From Desulfomicrobium sp. (GTDB taxonomy: Bacteria; Desulfobacterota; Desulfovibrionia; Desulfovibrionales; Desulfomicrobiaceae): a DNA stretch of 64,000 nt. Position numbers and translations under genes: made by a program. Under the pieces are notes generated by a model that ran no database searches, was not told where the DNA came from, and worked only from the letters and a program-made list of their open reading frames with translations. Within the stretch, counting starts at the first letter, position 1; each line of letters opens with the position of its first letter. The stretch lies in NCBI GenBank assembly GCA_040768745.1, contig JAXGMI010000002.1, positions 160,001 to 224,000 on the forward strand. The letters run 5' to 3'. Positions 38,719 to 48,887 of the stretch are shown in pieces.

Positions 38719-39096
38719 TTATTTGAGTGCAGCAATCAGTTCTATTTCTATCATTGCTCCTAATGGCAGCGCGCTCACAGCGACACAGCTTCTGGACGGA
38801 TACGGCTCGCTAAATATCGTTTTATAGACTTCGTTGATGGCAGGAAATTGACCCATATCAATAATAAAAATGGTCACCTTGACAACAGTATCCATCCCGG
38901 CGCCTGCAGCTTCGACAATCGCCTTGAGATTTGCAAAGCACTGGCGTGTGGCATCGGTGATGTCTGTGGACAATTGTTTTGTCTCAGGATGCAGGGGTAC
39001 CTGGCCTGAAGTAAAAACGAAGCCGTTGCTGATCACAGCTTGGGAGTACGGCCCGACGGCGGGCGGTGCATCTGGGCTGACAACTGTCTTTCGCAT
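38719..39096 (-). CDS. ridA: RidA-family reactive imine deaminase
   Basis: AP.AVGPYSQA, SGQVP, VVKVT.F, NEVY, PSRSCV.V..LP, IEIE. Confidence 0.92.
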   Translation of the reverse strand: MRKTVVSPDAPPAVGPYSQAVISNGFVFTSGQVPLHPETKQLSTDITDATRQCFANLKAIVEAAGAGMDTVVKVTIFIIDMGQFPAINEVYKTIFSEPYPSRSCVAVSALPLGAMIEIELIAALK

Positions 39097-39156
39097 AAAC
39101 ACCTCTCGATCGTTGATTGTGTAAAGTGGGAGGTCGCAATTTTGGGAATCTTGCGC

Positions 39157-39948
39157 CTACAAAACCAGCTCCGAAGCTTCGGTGATTTGATGCCGCAGTT
39201 TGAGAAACTCCATGTCTGTGGGTTCACGAGGCCTGTCCAGATCCACATTGTACACCTGCATTCCCATGCGTCCCGGCAGTTTGCCCTCCATGGTCACGAT
39301 TCGATCCCCGAGAATGATGGCCTCGTCGATGTTGTTGGTCACAAAGATCACGGTGCGCTTGTCGGTCTGCCAGATACGCTCGGTTTCCTTCTCCATGAAG
39401 AGACGGGTCTGGGCATCCAGCTGTCCGAAGGGCTCGTCCAGCAGCATGACCTGGGGCTTGTTGGCATAGGCCCGGGCAATGCCCACCCGTTGTTTCATTC
39501 CTCCACTGAGCTGATGGGGATAATGTTTCTCGAATCCGGTCAAACCGACTAGATCAATATAGTGTTGTGCAATCCTGCGGCGCTCTTCCCTGGGTACCCC
39601 GGACAGTTTTGGCCCCATTTCCACGTTGCCCAGCACTGTCCGCCAAGCGAACAGCATGTAGCTTTGGAAGACAAGTCCACGATCTGGACCAGGACCTTCG
39701 ATCGGTTTGTCATCCAGAAATGCCTTGCCTTCAGTCGGGGTTTCCAGGCCTGCAATGATGCGCAGAAGCGTGCTTTTACCGCTCTGACCCGGCCCCAGGA
39801 TGACGAGGAATTCGTTCTCGTACACGTCCAGGGAGATGTTTTCCAGAACATGGACCTGCTGGTCACCCTTCTGGATGAATATTTTCCGAATATTTTCGCA
39901 GGAGATTTTAACTTTTTGTGTTGCAATATTATCCTTCACCTGTCTCAT
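39157..39948 (-). CDS. TauB/SsuB-type ABC ATP-binding protein
   Basis: GPGQSGKST, YPHQLSGGMKQR, LLDEPFGQLD; H-switch reads VTN. Confidence 0.9.
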   Translation of the reverse strand: MRQVKDNIATQKVKISCENIRKIFIQKGDQQVHVLENISLDVYENEFLVILGPGQSGKSTLLRIIAGLETPTEGKAFLDDKPIEGPGPDRGLVFQSYMLFAWRTVLGNVEMGPKLSGVPREERRRIAQHYIDLVGLTGFEKHYPHQLSGGMKQRVGIARAYANKPQVMLLDEPFGQLDAQTRLFMEKETERIWQTDKRTVIFVTNNIDEAIILGDRIVTMEGKLPGRMGMQVYNVDLDRPREPTDMEFLKLRHQITEASELVL

Positions 39949-40007
39949 ACCATCCTACGGTTTCTGATTGCTCCGATCACGGTATTGTGCAGTCTGCCAG
40001 GCATGCA

Positions 40008-40853
40008 TCACAAGCCTTCAATTTCGCGTTTCCATGGGCACAAAAGCTTTTCCAGGTGAGCCAGGGCCTCGGAGGAAAGCCACGCCACCAGCGCAATGAT
40101 CAGCATCCCGCCGATGACCATTTCGGGTTTGGTTTGCTTCATGCCCTGCACGATGATCCATCCCAACCCGGATCTGGCGCTGACCAGTTCGGCGGCCAGC
40201 ACGCAGGTCCAGCCGATACTGAGGGAAATCTGCAATCCGGCGAAGATGGCCGGGAAAGCGGCTGGAAAGCTGACCTGGAAAATTTCGTCCCGGGACTTGC
40301 CGCCCAATGAACGCACCACATCGTACAGCTCCGGCTCGATAAGGCGAATGCCGTTGTAGGAGTTGAGCAAGCAAGGCACGAAGGTGCCGATGACGATGAT
40401 GAAGACTTTGGATGCTTCACCGATTCCGAACCAGAGAATGGCAATGGAAACCCAGGCAATGGGGGGCATGGGTTTGAAAAGATCGAACACGGGTTTGATG
40501 ATGGCGTTGGCGGTGCGGTTAAGGGCCATGAACAACCCGAGGGGCACGCCCACGAGAGAGGCCAGGATGAATCCGATCAGGATGCGTTGGGTGCTGGCCC
40601 AGATGTGCCCCCAAAGTGTTTGGCCGGCCAGTTCGGTGGATGTCAGGCGGTAGAGTTCCTTTATGACGGCATAGGGTGTGGCCAGAGATTTCCCAAGGAT
40701 CTGTTCGGCCGCGACCCAGTGCCAGATGGCCACAAAAGCCACGCTGGAGACAACGTAGAGGAAATATTCGTTGCGGATCAGGGCCAGCAGGGAGAATTCC
40801 TTCTTTTCCCGGACATTTTGGACAATTTCATTGGCGACAGTGCTCGTGCTCAT
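40008..40853 (-). CDS. TauC/SsuC-type ABC permease
   Basis: PMPPIAW, WFGIGE, LAAEL...SGLG. Confidence 0.9.
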   Translation of the reverse strand: MSTSTVANEIVQNVREKKEFSLLALIRNEYFLYVVSSVAFVAIWHWVAAEQILGKSLATPYAVIKELYRLTSTELAGQTLWGHIWASTQRILIGFILASLVGVPLGLFMALNRTANAIIKPVFDLFKPMPPIAWVSIAILWFGIGEASKVFIIVIGTFVPCLLNSYNGIRLIEPELYDVVRSLGGKSRDEIFQVSFPAAFPAIFAGLQISLSIGWTCVLAAELVSARSGLGWIIVQGMKQTKPEMVIGGMLIIALVAWLSSEALAHLEKLLCPWKREIEGL

Positions 40854-40858
40854 CTATA

Positions 40859-41653
40859 TTATCTCCTGATCCCGGCCAGCAGGCGTTTTTCCAAGACATC
40901 GATAATGACGCCGATCAATGATCCACCCAGGCCGACAGTGACCATACCCAGCACCACCATTTCAGGCATGGCCAGACGACGGCCCATGCTGATGAGGTAT
41001 CCCAGGCCCTGGTCAGCAGCCAGCAGTTCGGCTCCAACCAGGTTGGTCCAGCAGCACACCAGCGCGATTTGCAGGGCTCCGAAGACCATAGGCAGGGCCG
41101 AAGGGACGCAGATCTTGGTGAATATCTGCCAGTCGCTGGCACCGTACGTGCGGGCCATCTGAATGAGGGTGGGATTGGTCATCTTGACTCCGACCCAGGC
41201 GTTGATGACACAGGGCACGATGCCGGCGATCCAGATGATGAAGACCTTTCCCCAGAGACCGATTCCGAACCAGAATATGCACAAAGGAATCCAGGCAATG
41301 GGGGGAATAGGCCGGATCAGTTCGAAGAGAGGGCGGAACATGCCGCGCACCGTCGTGAACCAGCCCATGAGCAGGCCCAGCGGCAAACCCACGAGCAAGG
41401 AGAGAAGGTATCCAGTGCCTGCTTCCTTGAGGCTCATCCATGCGTGTTGGCTCAGTACGGCCCCGTCCGGATTGGGCTCCGTCAGTTTGTAAATAAAGAA
41501 TTTGACCACCTGCGAAGGAGAGGCGAGCATTGTCTCAGGGACAATGCCGGACTGGACGACGAACTCCCACAATCCGAAAAAAAGGGAGATGCTGATTATC
41601 GGCAGGATCTTGAGGGAGAGTGGCGTTTTTACGTGCACATGTTGATAGGCCAT
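40859..41653 (-). CDS. TauC/SsuC-type ABC permease
   Basis: RPIPPIAWIP, ARTYGAS, GAELLAA..GLG. Confidence 0.9.
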   Translation of the reverse strand: MAYQHVHVKTPLSLKILPIISISLFFGLWEFVVQSGIVPETMLASPSQVVKFFIYKLTEPNPDGAVLSQHAWMSLKEAGTGYLLSLLVGLPLGLLMGWFTTVRGMFRPLFELIRPIPPIAWIPLCIFWFGIGLWGKVFIIWIAGIVPCVINAWVGVKMTNPTLIQMARTYGASDWQIFTKICVPSALPMVFGALQIALVCCWTNLVGAELLAADQGLGYLISMGRRLAMPEMVVLGMVTVGLGGSLIGVIIDVLEKRLLAGIRR

Positions 41654-41751
41654 CGATTTTCCCCTGATTCGTTGGACCTGCGGGAGTTGCCAGAGCTGAC
41701 AGGCACCGTTCTCAACCCAGGACCGTCATTGCTTCACTATAACTTGAATGG

Positions 41752-41785
41752 GGTGGCGGCAGGCGACTTGCGCCGCCGCCACCAC
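41752..41785 (-). other. Intra-operon stem-loop downstream of the binding-protein gene
   Basis: GGTGGCGGC...GCCGCCACC stem; placement typical of an mRNA-stabilising hairpin. Confidence 0.5.
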
Positions 41786-41828
41786 TTGGGATCAATTCAC
41801 GTGTCAGCTCTGAATTGCCCAGGACACG

Positions 41829-42908
41829 TTATTTGTATGCCGGAATCGGAGTCTGGACCATCTTGAGGAACTTGTCGGTAATCCACTTGTCGCTCAGGAC
41901 CTTGGCCAGTTCATCATCCTTCAGGCGTCCGTTGGCATGAAGCAGCATCTGGGCGATCATACGCTCGTACATTTGGGCTTTGCTTTCCCCGCTGCTGGCA
42001 TCGAAGAGCTTGAGTTGTTCATCGTACTTCCATACCGGATGCCCCTCGATGTCCTTCTTGGCGTCCTCGTAGCTGTACTCCATACCGCCAAATTCCTTAT
42101 ACATGCGCTGGAACAGCTTGATGTTCTCGTCCGTTGCCCCTTCATCTGCGAGCTTGTGGATGCCGCGGAACATGATGCGCAGGAATTTGGCCACGACTTC
42201 AGGATTCTTGTCGCAGAACTCCTTGTCCCCGATAAACGTGATAGGCAACGCAGCCCCTGCCTTATTCACATTGGAAACCTCGACCCAGCCGGCCTCTGCC
42301 GCTTTGTAACTGTAGGGGGCCCACAGGCAGGCAAAGTCACCGATGCCGGATTCAAAAGCTGCCATGATGGAGGCCTGGTCCATCTGTTTGACCACGACAT
42401 CGCTATCCTTGAGTCCCAGGGACTTGAGGTAGGTTGTCATGGCATAGTGCGCGGAAGACACGGTGGTGACGAGGAAGGTTTTGCCCTTCACGCTTTCCGG
42501 AGTCCCCAGAACCTCAGGATTGGCTTTGTTCCATCCTTTGGTCTTGACAGCGGGGCTGTCCTTACGGGCGAAAACTGAGTTGAGATAGGATTCGTCGTTG
42601 CCCAGGCCAATCAGATACGCACCGTAACGCAGGGCGCCAAAAACATGGGGGACACCGCCTGTACTGCCAAGGACCCACTGTTTGCCGGGCAGGGCTTCGA
42701 GCTGGGACATGCCGCTCTCAAAGTAGATAAGTTCCAGATCAAGGCCTTCTTCCTTATCCCAACCTTTTTCCTTGGCATACCAGGCAAAGAAAAACTCGTG
42801 CTCCGGCATCCAGCAGGTCGGTACCTTGATCAGATCCTTGGCCATGCTGCTTCCGGCAAACAAAAACATGATCGATAGAACTACAATTAAACTTACAGAA
42901 CGTTTCAT
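41829..42908 (-). CDS. SsuA/TauA/NMT1-type ABC substrate-binding protein
   Basis: Signal peptide; AKEKGW..EEGLD, FESG...LEAL, KGKT......SSAHY; GGAGAG RBS. Confidence 0.88.
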   Translation of the reverse strand: MKRSVSLIVVLSIMFLFAGSSMAKDLIKVPTCWMPEHEFFFAWYAKEKGWDKEEGLDLELIYFESGMSQLEALPGKQWVLGSTGGVPHVFGALRYGAYLIGLGNDESYLNSVFARKDSPAVKTKGWNKANPEVLGTPESVKGKTFLVTTVSSAHYAMTTYLKSLGLKDSDVVVKQMDQASIMAAFESGIGDFACLWAPYSYKAAEAGWVEVSNVNKAGAALPITFIGDKEFCDKNPEVVAKFLRIMFRGIHKLADEGATDENIKLFQRMYKEFGGMEYSYEDAKKDIEGHPVWKYDEQLKLFDASSGESKAQMYERMIAQMLLHANGRLKDDELAKVLSDKWITDKFLKMVQTPIPAYK

Positions 42909-43088
42909 ACCGTCTCTCCTTGTGGTTACTTGGATGTTTTGATTCTTGTAATCAACCGATCTCCACAAAATTTTTTGCAGCGTTTGATTCCTCCTTGTAG
43001 TTGGTCCACTGTATCAGTATGTATGACAAAATATCAGCATTCCATAAACATACAATTGAGACAGTCACACGCTGTTTTGATGATCCGC

Positions 43089-43844
43089 TTACCACCAGCG
43101 AATCAAATCAGTCACCTTTTTGCGTATTTCAACAAAAGCGGGATCAATCATGTTCCGTGGATGCGGCAGGTCCACTTTAACTTCGGCTTTAATGTTTGTT
43201 GGCTTGGGGCTGAGGACCAGAATCCGTTCGGCAACGTAGACCGCCTCTTCGATATTGTGCGTGATGAAGATGACTGTGCTTTTGAGGGTCTGCCAGAGTT
43301 TCACCAGTTCATCCTCGAGATAGAAGCGCAGCTTGACATCAAGTTGGCCGTAGGGTTCGTCCATGAGGAGCAGATCGGGATTGACGGCAAACGCCCGCGC
43401 AACGGCGATGCGCTGCAGCATACTGCCGGAAACCTGATTCGGATAAAGATCGGCTGTGTCGGTCAGGCCTACCAGGTCGAGAATTTTTTCCAGCTTCTGG
43501 TTGGCCTCCGCTGCGGGAATTTTTTTGACCTCCATCCCATAGGCTACGTTTTGCCGAACAGTACGCCAGGGCATGCAGGTTGGTTCCTGAAAGACGAAGG
43601 AAATGTTGTGCTCTTTGGGATTGGCGACCTTGCCATCTATGTAGATATCACCGTGGGTGGTGGGGATGAGTTTGGACAGGCAGTTCAGAAAAGTGGTTTT
43701 GCCGCAGCCGGTTGGCCCCACGATGGCCAGGAATTCACCTTCTGCGACGTTGAAGTTGATGTTATCTAGGACCGTGAGTTCTCCAAATTTTTTGGTCAGG
43801 TCCCTGACTTCGATTTTGATCTTCCGTTCACCGTGATTTCCCAC
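43089..43844 (-). CDS. Second TauB/SsuB-type ABC ATP-binding protein
   Basis: GPTGCGKTT, YPNQVSGSMLQR, LMDEPYGQLD, ITHN. Confidence 0.9.
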   Translation of the reverse strand: MGNHGERKIKIEVRDLTKKFGELTVLDNINFNVAEGEFLAIVGPTGCGKTTFLNCLSKLIPTTHGDIYIDGKVANPKEHNISFVFQEPTCMPWRTVRQNVAYGMEVKKIPAAEANQKLEKILDLVGLTDTADLYPNQVSGSMLQRIAVARAFAVNPDLLLMDEPYGQLDVKLRFYLEDELVKLWQTLKSTVIFITHNIEEAVYVAERILVLSPKPTNIKAEVKVDLPHPRNMIDPAFVEIRKKVTDLIRWW

Positions 43845-44081
43845 AAGCCCTCCATCGGTGGCGGGGTTGTGACTGCCCCAGCCCCCAATCAGCCATACTT
43901 TTTAAGCATAATCCCGCTCCAGCGAATCCGTGTTCCCGGTTCATCTATCGGGACGGTCCTGGTCCTTCTTGATCTTTCAAGTACACATTGAAGTTTGCTA
44001 CAGCAACTGTTTGTTTTTCGCCATGTTCTTGCTAAGGGCGCCGGGTTTCCGGCGCCCATCCATCAGCATGATGCAGGGACA

Positions 44082-45614
44082 CTATGAGGCGACGCAGGAG
44101 CGCACCACTGTGCTGGCCTGCTTCTTGGCGCCCGGCCCCTTGGGGTCGTGGGTGCGCACGGTGACGACCTTGTCCTGGGTGAAGAAGTCCAGCCCCCCCT
44201 TGCCCTGCACTTTGTTGGTGCCCAGCAGGGAGCCTTTGATGCCGCCGAAAGGCACGTAGGGATGCGGCGCGCAGATACCCACGTTGACTCCGACCATGCC
44301 GACATCGGCATAGCGGCTGAACGTTTCCATGTAGTGCATGTTCTGGGTGAAGATGCAGGCCCCGTTTCCGAATTCGGAACGGTGGATCAGGTCAAGGGCG
44401 TCGTCCATATCCGCCACCTTGATCGTCGCCACCAGGGGACCGAATGCCTCTGTGGTGAACAGAGGGTTGCAGGGCGTCACGTCTTTGATGATGGTGGGAC
44501 CCACGAAGAAGCCGTTTTTATTCTTCTCGGGCATGACTGGGTTGCGTCCGTCCAGGATCAGTTCGCACTTTCCATGGGCCAGGGCCATGTCCACGTATTG
44601 GTGAATCTTTTCCACAGCAGCCCGGGAGATCAGGGGGCCCATGTAAACTTCCGGATCAAAGGCGTCGCCGAATTTGAGTTTTTTGGACGCCTCCAGGATG
44701 CGCTCAATGACCTGGTCGTAAATTGCGGGTACAGCCGCCACGATGGAACCGGCCAGGCAGCGCTGTCCGGCAGATCCGTAGCATGAGTTGAGGAAGTTAT
44801 CGATGAACACGTCCATGTTGGCGTCTTCCATGACCAGGAGCATGTTCTTGGCCCCGCCCAGGAGCATGGAACGCTTGGCCCCTCTGGCGCAGCCCTCGGC
44901 CATTTTCTTGGCCGTAGGGGTGGAGCCCACCAGACATACACCAGCCATGCGCTGATCCTCGTACCATGTGCCGGGCACGTCACGATTGCCGTGGATGACG
45001 TTGACCACACCGGCGGGCAGCCCGATCTCCATGAAGATTTCGCACATGACCTGCATGAAGTACGGCGACTGGGTCGAGGGTTTGAAGATGAAGGTATTGC
45101 CCGCGACAATTGCGTAGGGGATGAACCAGCCAAAAACCAGGGCCGGGAAGTTGAAGGGTGCCACGCCCCCGAACACGCCCAGGGACTGCCGGACAACCTT
45201 CACGGAAATGGTGGAGCCAACCTGATCCAGGGTGTCTCCCTGCATGAGGGCCGATGCCCCTGCTGCTGACTCCACGAGTTCGATGACACGCTGAACCTCG
45301 CCACGGGCCTCGGAGATATGTTTGGCCTGGTCAAGGGCGATGGACTGGGCCAACTTTTCCGCATGTTCGACCATGGCATTGCGGAGCTTGAAAATGAGCG
45401 CAACCCTTTTGCCGATGGAGACGTCCCTCCAGGATTTGTATGCCTCGTAGGCTGTGGCGATGGCCAGTTCACAGGTTTCAGGCCCGGACATGGGGACTTC
45501 GCCAATCTGGGCCCCGGTGGACGGGTTGAACAGCGGCACGGTCTTGCAGCCCGCTTCTTCCTGCCACTGGCCATTGATGAAATTTTTGATCTTGATGTAC
45601 GGAACTTCTGACAT
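44082..45614 (-). CDS. mmsA: CoA-acylating (methyl)malonate-semialdehyde dehydrogenase family
   Basis: PFNFP, VGSTP.A, GAKN, GSAGQRCLA, GNGACIFT, GMVGVNV. Confidence 0.85.
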   Translation of the reverse strand: MSEVPYIKIKNFINGQWQEEAGCKTVPLFNPSTGAQIGEVPMSGPETCELAIATAYEAYKSWRDVSIGKRVALIFKLRNAMVEHAEKLAQSIALDQAKHISEARGEVQRVIELVESAAGASALMQGDTLDQVGSTISVKVVRQSLGVFGGVAPFNFPALVFGWFIPYAIVAGNTFIFKPSTQSPYFMQVMCEIFMEIGLPAGVVNVIHGNRDVPGTWYEDQRMAGVCLVGSTPTAKKMAEGCARGAKRSMLLGGAKNMLLVMEDANMDVFIDNFLNSCYGSAGQRCLAGSIVAAVPAIYDQVIERILEASKKLKFGDAFDPEVYMGPLISRAAVEKIHQYVDMALAHGKCELILDGRNPVMPEKNKNGFFVGPTIIKDVTPCNPLFTTEAFGPLVATIKVADMDDALDLIHRSEFGNGACIFTQNMHYMETFSRYADVGMVGVNVGICAPHPYVPFGGIKGSLLGTNKVQGKGGLDFFTQDKVVTVRTHDPKGPGAKKQASTVVRSCVAS

Positions 45615-45739
45615 GCTGCGCCCCTCAATATTGGTTAGAAGAAACGAGACGTTGGGTTGTTTTTCAATGTCCTCTACTATGCATATACACATAAATCAAT
45701 TGTCTAGGCATTGTTTGAAAAAGACAATCTATATCGCAA

Positions 45740-46552
45740 TTATGCCATTCGGTTCGCGGATTGGCCAAGCACGAGGCCGGGTGGAACGCCGTGCATTCTT
45801 TTGAAGGCGACAATGAACGCCGAGACCGATGAATAGCCGCAGCTCAATGACACAGCAGTGACGGATTCTCCTGTCTGAAGCCGCTCCATGGCATTCAGCA
45901 AGCGGACCTTGCTTCGCCATTTGCCAAATGTTTCACCTGTTTCCATGAAGAACCTGCGGGCCAGAGTGCGTTCGGACATCCCGATTTCCTCGCTCCACTG
46001 CAGAAGTGTCTTGGAAAGGCTGGGAGCTTGAAGGATTGCTGCGCACAAGTGCAGGAGCCGTCTGTCCGTGGGGAGCGGCAGTGAAAACTGCGCCTGTGGC
46101 AACCGCACAAGCTGATCCAGGAGGGTTTGCACCAGACGGGCGTCTGGACCTGGTTCGTAAAGCGGGGGAATGTCGGCGAGGGCCATGATCAGTTCGCGGA
46201 CCAGCGGCGACACGGAGAGAACGCATTGCTCCTTGAATCGTCCCTCCGGAGGCAGGACAGTGGGGGAAATGAAGAGGCTGCGGTCATTCGTAACATCGGG
46301 CAGATACCATTCATGTGTCAGTCCAGGAGGTATCCACACCATGCAGTGGGGCGGCACAAGAAAGTTGCCCCGTGGGGAGCACACAGCCATTTTCCCGCTG
46401 CTCACATAGACGAGCTCTCCCCATTTTTCGTGGGCATGCTGATTCGCCCATGTACCGGCCGGAAAAAACTCGTTGAACCAGTATACGGGTCGGGGCAATT
46501 CAGAAAAAGGCAGCTCATAACACTTCACTTCCCGAATACGGAGTTTGCTCAT
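45740..46552 (-). CDS. AraC-family transcriptional regulator with cupin domain
   Basis: HAH..WGEL, VWIPPG..HE, MSERTLARRF..ETG, GYSSVSAF..AFKR..G. Confidence 0.92.
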   Translation of the reverse strand: MSKLRIREVKCYELPFSELPRPVYWFNEFFPAGTWANQHAHEKWGELVYVSSGKMAVCSPRGNFLVPPHCMVWIPPGLTHEWYLPDVTNDRSLFISPTVLPPEGRFKEQCVLSVSPLVRELIMALADIPPLYEPGPDARLVQTLLDQLVRLPQAQFSLPLPTDRRLLHLCAAILQAPSLSKTLLQWSEEIGMSERTLARRFFMETGETFGKWRSKVRLLNAMERLQTGESVTAVSLSCGYSSVSAFIVAFKRMHGVPPGLVLGQSANRMA

Positions 46553-46817
46553 AGCCGATCTCTCATATTTTTTGCTTTGCGGCTGTTCAGGTTTGAAAAT
46601 GTCATCGAGACCTCAGCTCGCGTCGCGTTCGATGAGAAAAAAATTCCCCTCTGAAAATCTCGCGGTCCAAGGGTAACGCAACTGAAAGATCATGGTGGAC
46701 GTACCGTTGTTTGTTTCGAGTTTTTTGAATTGAAAATTTCAGGTTGTGCAGGAAGGGTCCACAAGCTAGGCTTTGCGCTGTCCCATTCCCTATTTACAAA
46801 TTTGAGTGAGTCCACAC

Positions 46818-48014
46818 ATGCATATCGCAGAGAGGATCGTACGACTTGGCACCGAGACGGCCTTTGCCGTTGCGGCTCGCGCAACGGCGCACAAGGCCGG
46901 CGGGCACGAGGTGTATCCTTTTCATCTGGGCGACTTGAACATCCCGACCCCGGCCAACATCATGGAAGCGGCCTGTGCCGCCATGCGCGCCGGGAAGACG
47001 GGCTATTGCCCCAGCGCAGGTATTCCGGAACTGCGCGCGGTCCTGGCCGAGGATGTGGGAAAAAGCAGGAATACGCCCTTTGCCATGGAAAATGTGGCCA
47101 TCCAGCCGGGGGGCAAGCCGGTCATCGGCAAGTTCATCATGGCCTGCATGAACCCTGGCGAGGAAGTCCTGTACCCGAATCCTGGCTACCCGATCTACGA
47201 ATCCCAGATCGAGTATCACGGAGGTCGGGCCGTGCCCTACCGGTACACGTGGGATACGAGCGGGTTCCATATCGACCTGGAGTATCTTGAAAGCCGCATC
47301 ACGCCTCGCACCCGGGCCCTGATCCTCAACGACCTGCAGAATCCCATGGGCGCAGAGTGCACCAGAGAGGAGCGCGAACGCCTGGCTGAGCTGGCATTGC
47401 GCCACGACCTGTGGGTCCTTCTGGACGAGGCCTATTTCGAGATCCGATACAGCGGCAAGAGCGTGTCCTTGGCTTCCATACCGGGCATGGCCGAGCGGAG
47501 CGTGATCCTCTATACCTTTTCCAAGAAGTTCGCCATGACCGGCTGGCGGCTGGGTGCGGCCATCGGTCCGCGCAATATCATCGACGTCATATCCAAACTC
47601 AACGTCAATGACGAGTCCTGCTCCAATCATTTCGTGCAGTACGGGGCCCTGGAAGGTTTGACCGGCGACCAGTCCGGCCCGGCCGGTATTCTGGCCACAC
47701 TCAGGGAACGGCGCGATACGGCCGTGGATTTCCTCAACGCGACGCCCGGTGTGAGATGCCCTCGTCCCGAAGCCACCTTCTACCTTTTTCCTGAAGTCAC
47801 GGAACTCATGGCCCGAAAGGGCTTTGATGGCGACTACGCCGCCTTTGCCGAGGACGTTCTGGTCAGGACAGGTGTTTCCCTGTGCACCCGGCTGCACTTC
47901 GGCCGCCTCCAGCAGGGAGAGGATCGCCGCTTCGTGCGGCTGGCCTATTCCGGCATCGGAACAAAGGACATCCGCAAGGGACTTGGCGCGCTCAAGGCCT
48001 ACGCCGAGAGCTAG
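46818..48014 (+). CDS. Class I/II PLP-dependent aminotransferase (AspC-like)
   Basis: GIPELR, NP.G, DEAY, FSKKFAMTGWRLG. Confidence 0.92.
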   Translation: MHIAERIVRLGTETAFAVAARATAHKAGGHEVYPFHLGDLNIPTPANIMEAACAAMRAGKTGYCPSAGIPELRAVLAEDVGKSRNTPFAMENVAIQPGGKPVIGKFIMACMNPGEEVLYPNPGYPIYESQIEYHGGRAVPYRYTWDTSGFHIDLEYLESRITPRTRALILNDLQNPMGAECTREERERLAELALRHDLWVLLDEAYFEIRYSGKSVSLASIPGMAERSVILYTFSKKFAMTGWRLGAAIGPRNIIDVISKLNVNDESCSNHFVQYGALEGLTGDQSGPAGILATLRERRDTAVDFLNATPGVRCPRPEATFYLFPEVTELMARKGFDGDYAAFAEDVLVRTGVSLCTRLHFGRLQQGEDRRFVRLAYSGIGTKDIRKGLGALKAYAES

Positions 48015-48135
48015 GCATTCCGCACTGCGTGGCGCCCCCTCCATTCTGCGACATGCGACCGCCCAGGATTGCGGTCCCACTCAGCTGATGTCCTTGATTG
48101 GATCCCTGTCGCGAGGGCGGTCTGGGTTGAAGGCA

Positions 48136-48885
48136 TCACCCGTACAGGTGATGCAGAAAATACTGCATTTGCCTGTACCACCAGGGCCAGTCGTGGTTGA
48201 CGTCCCGCCCCCAGAAATCAACCCAGGCCGGGACCCCTTTGTCCCGGAAAACGGCATCCAGGGCGAGGGTGTCGGCCACAGCCTCGTCCTCCCAGTCCCC
48301 CTGACCCACGCAGACGATGACGTTGCTGTCCCTGTAGCGATCCAGGTACCAGGAATCACTGATGTTTCGCAGATAGTTCAAGGGAGAGTTGAAATACACA
48401 GCGCCTATGTCGGCCGCCGAGAGCCCGAACTCCGATCGGTCGAGCCGGTACAGCCCGCTCAAGGCCACGGTGCCCATGAACACATCCGGGTGCTTGAGAA
48501 AGAAATTGACGGCATGGTAGGCGCCCATGCTGCACCCGTTGGTCATGATCCGCCCTTCGGCAAGGCTGCAATGGTCGCGGACAAAGGGGCCCACCTCCTG
48601 CACCACATACCGGTCGTAGGCTTCGTGTGCGGCGTTGCGGTCCGAGGGAGAGATGCCGAAATTGTACCACGACTCCGCATCGATGCTGTCGACGCAGAAC
48701 AGCTTGATCTTGCCGTTGTTGATAAAGGGTTCGACGGCCTGGATCATGCCCATGGTTTCGTAATCAAAATAGCGGCCCCGGGAGCAGGGGAAAACGATGA
48801 ACGGTTGTCCCCAGTGCCCGTAGACTTTCAGAGCCATGTCCCGCTGGAGGTTCGGGCTGAACCAATGTCTTTCTTCGGTGCGCAT
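48136..48885 (-). CDS. Putative esterase (alpha/beta hydrolase)
   Basis: YGHWG.P, nucleophile elbow GCSMG, VGQGDWE, DVNHDW.WW. Confidence 0.88.
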   Translation of the reverse strand: MRTEERHWFSPNLQRDMALKVYGHWGQPFIVFPCSRGRYFDYETMGMIQAVEPFINNGKIKLFCVDSIDAESWYNFGISPSDRNAAHEAYDRYVVQEVGPFVRDHCSLAEGRIMTNGCSMGAYHAVNFFLKHPDVFMGTVALSGLYRLDRSEFGLSAADIGAVYFNSPLNYLRNISDSWYLDRYRDSNVIVCVGQGDWEDEAVADTLALDAVFRDKGVPAWVDFWGRDVNHDWPWWYRQMQYFLHHLYG

Positions 48886-48887
48886 GT

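Noticed and set aside
45679..45728. ATTGTCT/AGACAAT inverted repeat as an AraC operator
   Set aside because: The 7-bp arms lie in AT-rich DNA and could be chance; not supportable without comparative data.
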